DNA of 64,000 nt from Raillietiella orientalis (Eukaryota): NCBI GenBank assembly GCA_036172245.1, contig JAYWIR010000100.1, positions 124,001 through 188,000 of the forward strand, given 5' to 3'. Positions within the stretch are counted from its first letter, which is position 1. Every line of letters starts with the position of its first letter. Both the position numbers and the translations under genes were made by a program. The notes beneath the pieces were generated by a model. It had not been told where the DNA came from, ran no database searches, and saw only the letters and a program-made list of their open reading frames with translations. Below are positions 54,801-64,000 of this stretch, piece by piece.

Positions 54801-57800
54801 CCTTTAGACTCTCCATGACGGGAATTTGGCACTTACTGCAAATGGATGCTTACTGAAAAGGGTCAATATTGCAACAGTTATATCCCCTGATTTCCAATTG
54901 TTCAAAGCCTGAAAGGATGCAAATTTCTACCACATCATGAATCAGAGCGAAGTATAAGATTCCTCTTCTAGGGACGACACTGCTTACCATGAAAACAACA
55001 CAGAGACTAAAGTGCCACGCCCTAACCTATTTTCGACCTCTTCTTAGTCATCCTCTCAAATCAGGAAAATGGAAGGCCGTGAGCCTCTCCATGACATGAA
55101 TTTGCCACTCACTGAAAATAGATGCTTCGTGAGGAGGAGCAAAATTGCAATGGTGAAATCCCCTGATTTCGAATTGATTACAAAACCTGAAAAGTTGCAA
55201 ATTACTACCATATTATGAAGCAGAACGAAGTATAAGATTCCTCTTCTAGTTAGGACACTGTTTACCATGAAGACAACACAGAGACCAAAGTAACACCCCC
55301 TAATCTGATTTCGAACACTTCTTAGTCATGCTCTGAAATCAGGAAAATGGAAGGCCGTGAGCCTCTCCATGACGGGAATTTGCACTCACTGAAAATGTTT
55401 GCTTAGTAAAAAGGCGCAAAAGTGCTATAGTAAAATCCTTTGATTTCCAATTGTTTACAAACCATGAAAGTTTGCAAGTTTTTACCACATACTGAATTAG
55501 AGCGAAGGAAACAATTCCTCTTCTAGGTACTACACTGGTTACCATGAAAACAACACAGAGACCAAAGTGCCACGGCCTAATGAAATTTCGAACTCTTCTT
55601 AATCATGCTCTGAAATTAGGAAATTGGAAGGACTTGAGCCTCTCCATGACGCGAATTTGCCACTCACTGGAAATAGATGCTTCGTGAAGAGGTGCAAAAC
55701 TGCCATGGAGAAATCCCCTGATTTCGAATTGATCACCAAGCCTGAAAGGTTGCAAATTTTTGCCACATCTTGAATCAGAGCGAAGTATAAAATTCCTCTT
55801 CTAGGAACGACAGTGGTTACCATGAAGACAACACAGAGACCAAAGTAACACCCCCTAATCTGATTTCGAACACTTCTTAGTCATGCTCTGAAATCAGGAA
55901 AATGGAAGGCCGTGAGCCTCTCCATGACGGGAATTTGCCACTCACTGAAAATGTTTGCTTAGTAAAAAGGCGTAAAAGTGCTATAGTAAAATCCCCTGAT
56001 TTCCAATTGGTTACAAACCCTGAAAGTTTGCAAATTTTTACCACATACTGAAGTAGAGCGAAGGAAAAAATTCCTCTTCTACGTACGACACTGGTTACTA
56101 TGAAAACAACAGATAGACAAAAGTGCCACGCCCTAATCTAATTTCGAACACTTCATAATCATGCTCTGAAATCGGGAAATTGGTAGGCCTTTAGACTCTC
56201 CATGACGGGAATTTGGCACTTACTGCAAATGGATGCTTACTGAAAAGGGTCAATATTGCAACAGTTATATCCCCTGATTTCCAATTGTTTACAAAGCCTG
56301 AAAGGATGCAAATTTCTACCACATCATGAATCAGAGCGAAGTATAAGATTCCTCTTCTAGGGACGACACTGCTTACCATGAAAACAACACAGAGACTAAA
56401 GTGCCACGCCCTAACCTATTTTCGACCTCTTCTTAGTCATCCTCTCAAATCAGGAAAATGGAAGGCCGTGAGCCTCTCCATGACATGAATTTGCCACTCA
56501 CTGCAAATAGATGCTTCGTGAAGAGGAGCAAAATTGCAATGGTGAAATCGCCTGATTTCGAATTGATTACAAAACCTGAAAAGTTGCAAATTACTACCAT
56601 ATTATGAAGCAGAACGAAGTATAAGATTCCTCTTCTAGTTAGGACACTGTTTACCATGAAGACAACACAGAGACCAAAGTAACACCCCCTAATCTGATTT
56701 CGAACACTTCTTAGTCATGCTCTGAAATCAGGAAAATGGAAGGCCGTGAGCCTCTCCATGACGGGGAATTTGCACTCACTGAAAATGTTTGCTTAGTAAA
56801 AAGGCGCAAAAGTGCTATAGTAAAATCCCCTGATTTCCAATTGTTTACAAACCATGAAAGTTTGCAAGTTTTTACCACATACTGAATTAGAGCGAAGGAA
56901 ACAATTCCTCTTCTAGGTACTACACTGGTTACCATGAAAACAACACAGAGACCAAAGTGCCACGGCCTAATGAAATTTCGAACTCTTCTTAATCATGCTC
57001 TGAAATTAGGAAATTGGAAGGACTTGAGCCTCTCCATGACGCGAATTTGCCACTCACTGGAAATAGATGCTTCGTGAAGAGGTGCAAAACTGCCATGGAG
57101 AAATCCTGATTTCGAATTGATCATGAAAGCTGTTGAGTTTTTGCCAAATAGGTCTGAATCAGAGCGAAGTATAAGATTCCTCTTCTATAAACGGCAGTGG
57201 TTACCATGAAGACAACACAGAGACCAAAGTAACACCCCCTAATCTGATTTCGAACACTTCTTAGTCATGCTCTGAAATCAGGAAAATGGAAGGCCGTGAG
57301 CCTCTCCATGACGGGAATTTGCCACTCACTGAAAATGTTTGCTTAGTAAAAAGGCGTAAAAGTGCTATAGTAAAATCCCCTGATTTCCAATTGGTTACAA
57401 ACCATGAAAGTTTGCAAATTTTTACCACATACTGAATTAGAGCGAAGGAAACAATTCCTCTTCTAGGTACGACACTGCTTACCATGAAAACAACACAGAG
57501 ACCAAAGTGCCACGCCCTAATCTAATTTCGAACACTTCATAATCATGCTCTGAAATCGGGAAATTGGTAGGCCTTTAGACTCTCCATGACGGGAATTTGG
57601 CACTCACTGCAAATGGATGCTTACTGAAAAGGGTCAATATTGCAACAGTTATATCCCCTGATTTCCAATTGTTTACAAAGCCTGAAAGGATGCAAATTTC
57701 TACCACATCATGAATCAGAGCGAAGTATAAGATTCCTCTTCTAGGGACGACACTGCTTACCATGAAAACAACACAGAGACTAAAGTGCCACGCCCTAACC

Positions 57801-60800
57801 TATTTTCGACCTCTTCTTAGTCATCCTCTCAAATCAGGAAAATGGAAGGCCGTGAGCCTCTCCATGACATGAATTGGCCACTCACTGCAAATTGAAGCAT
57901 CGTGAAGAGGAGCAAAAATGCAATGGTGAAATCCCCTGATTTCGAATTGATTACAAAGCCTGTAAGGTAGCAAATTTTTACCACATCATGGATCAGAGCG
58001 AACGAAAATATTCCTCTTCTAGGTACGACACTGCTTACCATGAAAACAACACAGAGACCAAAGTGTCACCCCCTAATCTAATTTCGAACACTTCTTAATC
58101 ATCCGCAGTAATCAGGAAATTGGAAGGCCTTGAGGCTTTCGATGACGGAAATTTGCCACTCACTGCAAATGTATGCTTAGTGAAAAGGCGCAAAAGTGCT
58201 ATAGTAAAATCCCCTGATTTCCAATAGTTTACAAACCATGAAAGTTTGCAAGTTTTTACCACATACTGAATTAGAGCGAAGGAAACAATTCCTCTTCTAG
58301 GTACTACACTGGTTACCATGAAAACAACATAGAGACCAAAGTGCCACGTCCTAATGAAATTTCGAACTCTTCTTAATCATGCTCTGAAATTAGGAAATTG
58401 GAAGGACTTGAGACTCTCCATGACGCGAATTTGCCACTCACTGGAAATAGATGCTTCGTGAAGAGGTGCAAAACTGCCATGGAGAAATCCCCTGATTTCG
58501 AATTGATCACCAAGCCTGAAAGGTTGCAAATTTTTGCCACATCTTGAATCAGAGCGAAGTATAAGATTCCTCTTCTAGGAACGACAGTGGTTACCATGAA
58601 GACAACACAGAGACCAAAGTAACACCCCCTAATCTGATATCGAACACTTCTTATTCATGCTCTGAAATCAGGAAAATGGAAGGCCGTGAGCCTCTCCATG
58701 ACGGGAATTTGCCACTCACTGAAAATGTTTGCTTAGTAAAAAGGCGTAAAAGTGCTATAGTAAAATCCCCTGATTTCCAATTGGTTACAAACCCTGAAAG
58801 TTTGCAAATTTTTACCACATACTGAAGTAGAGCGAAGGAAAAAATTCCTCTTCTACGTACGACACTGGTTACTATGAAAACAACAGATAGACAAAAGTGC
58901 CACGCCCTAATCTTATTTCGAACACTTCATAATCATGCTCTGAAATCGGGAAATTGGTAGGCCTTTAGACTCTCCATGAGGGGAATTTGGAACTTACTGC
59001 AAATGGATGCTTACTGAAAAGGGTCAATATTGCAACAGTTATATCCCCTGATTTCCAATTGTTTACAAAGCCTGAAAGGATGCAAACTTCTACCACATCA
59101 TGAATCAGAGCGAAGTATAAGATTCCTCTTCTAGGTAGAACACTGTTTACCATGAAGACAACACAGAGACCAAAGTAACACCCCCTAATCTGATTTCGAA
59201 CACTTCTTAGTGATGCTCTGAAATCAGGAAAATGGAAGGCCGTGAGCCTCTCCATGACGGGAATTTGCCACTCACTGAAAATGTTTGCTTAGTAAAAAGG
59301 CGTAAAAGTGCTATAGTAAAATCCCCTGATTTCCAATTGGTTACAAACCATGAAAGTTTGCAAATTTTTACCACATACTGAAGTAGAGCGAAGGAAAAAA
59401 TTCCTCTTCTACGTACGACACTGGTTACTATGAAAACAACAGATAGACCAAAGTGCCACGCCCTAATCTAATTTCGAACACTTCATAATCATGCTCTGAA
59501 ATCGGGAAATTGGTAGGCCTTTAGACTCTCCATGACGGGAATTTGGCACTTACTGCAAATGGATGCTTACTGAAAAGGGTCAATATTGCAACAGTTATAT
59601 CCCCTGATTTCCAATTGTTTACAAAGCCTGAAAGGATGCAAATTTCTACCACATCATGAATCAGAGCGAAGTATAAGATTCCTCTTCTAGGGACGACACT
59701 GCTTACCATGAAAACAACACAGAGACTAAAGTGCCACGCCCTAACCTATTTTCGACCTCTTCTTAGTCATCCTCTCAAATCAGGAAAATGGAAGGCCGTG
59801 AGCCTCTCCATGACATGAATTTGCCACTCACTGCAAATAGATGCTTCGTGAAGAGGAGCAAAATTGCAATGGTGAAATCCCCTGATTTCGAATTGATTAC
59901 AAAACCTGAAAAGTTGCAAATTACTACCATATTATGAAGCAGAACGAAGTATAAGATTCATCTTCTAGTTAGCACACTGTTTACCATGAAGACAACACAG
60001 AGACCAAGGTAACACCCCCTAATCTGATTTCGAACACTTCTTAGTCATGCTCTGAAATCAGGAAAATGGAAGGCCGTGAGCCTCTCCATGACGGGAATTT
60101 GCCACTCACTGAAAATGTTTGCTTAGTAAAAAGGCGTAAAAGTGCTATAGTAAAATCCCCTGATTTCCAATTGGTTACAAACCATGAAAGTTTGCAAATT
60201 TTTACCACATACTGAATTAGAGCGAAGGAAACAATTCCTCTTCTAGGTACGACACTGCTTACCATGAAAACAACACAGAGACCAAAGTGCCACGCCCTAA
60301 CCTAATTTCGAACTCTTCTTAGTCATCCTCTGAAATCAGGAAATTGAAAGGCCGTGAGCCTCTCCATGACGGGAATTTGCCACTCACTGAAAATGTTTGC
60401 TTAGTAAAAAGGCGTAAAAGTGCTATAGTAAAATCCCCTGATTTCCAATTGGTTACAAACCATGAAAGTTTGCAAATTTTTACCACATACTGAATTAGAG
60501 CGAAGGAAACAATTCCTCTTCTAGGTACGACACTGCTTACCATGAAAACAACACAGAGACCAAAGTGCCACGCCCTGACCTAATTTCGAACTCTTCTTAG
60601 TCATCCTCTGAAATCAGGAAATTGGAAGGCCGTGAGCCTCTCCATGACATGAATTGGCCACTCACTGCAAATTGATGCATCGTGAAGAGGAGCAAAACTG
60701 CAATGGTGAAATCCCCTGATTTCGAATTGATTACAAAGCCTGTAAGGTAGCAAATTTTTACCACATCATGGATCAGAGCGAACGAAAATATTCCTCTTCT

Positions 60801-63800
60801 AGGTACGACACTGCTTACCATGAAAACAACACAGAGACCAAAGTGCCACCCCCTAATCTAATTTCGAACACTTCTTAATCATCCGCTGTAATCAGGAAAT
60901 TGGAAGGCCTTGAGGCTTTCGATGACGGAAATTTGCCACTCACTGCAAATGTATGCTTAGTGAAAAGGCGCAAAAGTGCTATAGTAAAATCCCCTCATTT
61001 CCAATTGGTTACAAACCCTGAAAGTTTGCAAATTTTTACCACATACTGAAGTAGAGCGAAGGAAAAAATTCCTCTTCTACGTACGACACTGGTTACTATG
61101 AAAACAACAGATAGACAAAAGTGCCACGCCCTAATCTAATTTCGAACACTTCATAAGCATGCTCTGAAATCGGGAAATTGGTAGGCCTTTAGACTCTCCA
61201 TGACGGGAATTTGGCACTTACTGCAAATGGATGCTTACTGAAAAGGGTCAATATTGCAACAGTTATATCCCCTGATTTCCAATTGTTTACAAAGCCTGAA
61301 AGGATGCAAATTTCTACCACATCATGAATCAGAGCGAAGTATAAGATTCCTCTTCTAGGGACGACACTGCTTACCATGAAAACAACACAGAGACTAAAGT
61401 GCCACGCCCTAACCTATTTTCGACCTCTTCTTAGTCATCCTCTCAAATCAGGAAAATGGAAGGCCGTGAGCCTCTCCATGACATGAATTTGCCACTCACT
61501 GCAAATAGATGCTTCGTGAAGAGGAGCAAAATTGCAATGGTGAAATCCCCTGATTTCGAATTGATTACAAAACCTGAAAAGTTGCAAATTACTACCATAT
61601 TATGAAGCAGAACGAAGTATAAGATTCCTTTTCTAGTTAGCACACTGTTTACCATGAAGACAACACAGAGACCAAAGTAACACCCCCTAATCTGATTTCG
61701 AACACTTCTTAGTCATGCTCTGAAATCAGGAAAATGGAAGGCCGTGAGCCTCTCCATGACGGGAATTTGCACTCACTGAAAATGTTTGCTTAGTAAAAAG
61801 GCGCAAAAGTGCTATAGTAAAATCCCCTGATTTCCAATTGTTTACAAACCATGAAAGTTTGCAAGTTTTTACCACATACTGAATTAGAGCGAAGGAAACA
61901 ATTCCTCTTCTAGGTACTACACTGGTTACCATGAAAACAACACAGAGACCAAAGTGCCACGGCCTAATGAAATTTCGAACTCTTCTTAATCATGCTCTGA
62001 AATTAGGAAATTGGAAGGACTTGAGCCTCTCCATGACGCGAATTTGCCACTCACTGGAAATAGATGCTTCGTGAAGAGGTGCAAAACTGTTATGGAGAAA
62101 TCCCCTGATTTCGAATTGATCACCAAGCCTGAAAGGTTGCAAATTTTTGCCACATCTTGAATCAGAGCGAAGTATAAGATTCCTCTTCTAGGAACGACAG
62201 TGGTTACCATGAAGACAACACAGAGACCAAAGTAACACCCCCTAATCTGATTTCGAACACTTCTTAGTCATGCTCTGAAATCAGGAAAATGGAAGGCCGT
62301 GAGCCTCTCCATGACGGGAATTTGCCACTCACTGAAAATGTTTGCTAAGTAAAAAGGCGTAAAAGTGCTATAGTAAAATCCCCTGATTTCCAATTGGTTA
62401 CAAACCCTGAAAGTTTGCAAATTTTTACCACATACTGAAGTAGAGCGAAGGAAAAAATTCCTCTTCTACGTACGACACTGGTTACTATGAAAACAACAGA
62501 TAGACAAAAGTGCCATGCCCTAATCTAATTTCGAACACTTCATAATCATGCTCTGAAATCGGGAAATTGGTAGGGCTTTAGACTCTCCATGACGGGAATT
62601 TGGCACTTACTGCAAATGGATGCTTACTGAAAAGGGTCAATATTGCAACAGTTATATCCCCTGATTTCCAATTGTTTACAAAGCCTGAAAGGATGCAAAT
62701 TTCTACTACATCATGAATCAGAGCGAAGTATGAGATTCCTCTTCTAGGGACGACACTGCTTACCATGAAAACAACACAGAGACTAAAGTGCCATGCCCTA
62801 ACCTATTTTCGACCTCTTCTTAGTCATCCTCTCAAATCAGGAAAATGGAAGGCCGTGAGACTCTCCATGACATGAATTTGCCACTCACTGAAAATAGATG
62901 CTTCGTTAGGAGGAGCAAAATTGCAATGGTGAAATCCCCTGATTTCGAATTGATTACAAAACCTGAAAAGTTGCAAATTACTACCATATTATGAAGCAGA
63001 ACGAAGTATAAGATTCCTCTTCTAGGTAGAACACTGTTTACCATGAAGACAACACAGAGACCAAAGTAACACCCCCTAATCTGATTTCGAACACTTCTTA
63101 GTCATGCTCTGAAATCAGGAAAATGGAAGGCCGTGAGCATCTCCATGACGGGAATTTGCCACTCACTGAAAATGTTTGCTTAGTAAAAAGGCGTAAAAGT
63201 GCTATAGTAAAATCCCCTGATTTCCAATTGGTTACAAACCATGAAAGTTTGCAAATTTTTACCACATACTGAATTAGAGCGAAGGAAACAATTCCTCTTC
63301 TAGGTACGACACTGCTTACCATGAAAACAACACAGAGACGAAAGTGCCACGCCCTAACCTAATTTCGAACTCTTCTTAGTCATCCTCTGAAATCAGGAAA
63401 TTGGAAGGCCGTGAGCCTCTCCATGACATGAATTGGCCACTCACTGCAAATTGATGCATCGTGAAGAGGAGCGAAACTGCAATGGTGAAATCCCCTGATT
63501 TCGAATTGATTACAAAGCCTGTAAGGTAGCAAATTTTTACCACATCATGGATCAGAGCGAACGAAAATATTCCTCTTCTAGGTACGACACTGCTTACCAT
63601 GAAAACAACACAGAGACCAAAGTGCCACGCCCTAACCCAATTTCGAACTCTTCTTAGTCATCCTCTGAAATCAGGAAATTGGAAGGCCGTGAGCCTCTCC
63701 ATGACATGAATTGGCCACTCACTGCAAATTGATGCATCGTGAAGAGGAGCGAAACTGCAATGGTGAAATCCCCTGATTTCGAATTGATTACAAAGCCTGT

Positions 63801-64000
63801 AAGGTAGCAAATTTGTACCACATCATGGATCAGAGCGAACGATGATATTCCTCTTCTAGGTACGACACTGCTTACCATGAAAACAACACAGAGACCAAAG
63901 TGCCACCCCCTAATCTAATTTCGAACACTTCTTAATCATCCGCTGTAATCAGGAAATTGGAAGGCCTTGAGGCTTTCCATGACGGAAATTTGCCACTCAC
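33900..64000. repeat. Homogenised satellite domain built on a 5-monomer higher-order unit (1389 bp = 5x278-1) with rearranged variants
   Basis: Offsets of 1389 at 39517->40906->42295, 39771->41160, 40054->41443, 40314->41703, 55056->56445 and 61189->62578. One monomer type carries a fixed 1-bp deletion (gggaatttgcactcact). The same monomer types first appear at ~27250-29700. Confidence 0.9.
47045..47350. repeat. In-register patch of a diverged satellite variant, about 1.1 monomers long
   Basis: Dense private substitutions (e.g. 'tcagagcatagggaaacattgtctttctatctccgacact', 'gaaacttcgaagtcatctcaatgttcttctgaaccaagg') with near-identical HOR sequence on both sides. Confidence 0.88.

Larger units (their letters stand above)
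1..64000. repeat. Tandem satellite DNA array, ~278 bp monomer, ~230 copies, head-to-tail, running off both window ends
   Basis: The motif ...ctaggtacgacactg(g/c)ttaccatgaaaacaacacagagaccaaagtgccacgccctaa... recurs every ~278 bp from start to end. Homologous ORF coordinates step by 278 (1115->1393; 53656->53934->54212; 63098->63376->63654). No non-satellite sequence seen. Confidence 0.99.

Noticed and set aside
903..63878. Over 100 similar minus-strand ORFs of 60-96 aa (MVSSVVPRRGI...SEDD) resembling a tandem small hydrophobic protein family
   Set aside because: They are translations of the satellite monomer, with the ATG supplied by the 'accat' of the motif. Many monomers have lost the start or carry stops and frameshifts that are fixed and amplified in the HORs. 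The 'intergenic' part looks as conserved as the 'coding' part, and I recognise no protein family. A dN/dS test or ribosome profiling would be needed to revive the idea.
1..64000. CRISPR-like or integron-cassette-like array
   Set aside because: There are no unique spacers or cassettes; the full 278 bp unit is homologous between copies. No cas or integrase genes are present.
1..64000. 5S rDNA, tRNA or snRNA tandem gene cluster
   Set aside because: I recognise no 5S, tRNA or snRNA sequence or Pol III box A/B/C layout, and monomer divergence is spread across the whole unit. An Rfam search would confirm.
1..64000. CENP-B box
   Set aside because: TTCG and CGGG words occur, but I did not see them in the TTCG-N4-A-N2-CGGG spacing.

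Overview
The whole 64 kb window is one uninterrupted, head-to-tail, single-orientation array of about 230 copies of a ~278 bp satellite monomer. It is most likely eukaryotic heterochromatic or (peri)centromeric satellite DNA; I cannot identify the organism or family by name. I see no real genes, transposon insertions, RNA genes or CRISPR spacers. The ~60-97 aa ORFs in the track are the same reading frames recurring in each monomer. They are useful as position markers, and the periodicities below come from offsets between matching ORFs, several of them spot-checked in the DNA. The left ~27 kb holds heterogeneous monomers with local 6-, 9- and 4-monomer duplications. The right ~37 kb is more homogeneous, built on a 5-monomer unit (1389 bp) nested in 21-28 and 55-monomer super-repeats. 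The main observations are: (i) a near-palindromic 14-bp motif, GTTACCATGAAAAC, at a fixed monomer position that fits the RFX/DAF-19 X-box consensus; (ii) nine monomers, all left of 23.1 kb, in which the ~30 bp cassette holding this motif is inverted in place; (iii) a ~300 bp in-register patch of a diverged satellite variant at ~47.0-47.35 kb; (iv) chimeric monomers that map unequal-crossover breakpoints; and (v) hints that the 278-mer is an old dimer of a ~130-140 bp unit.
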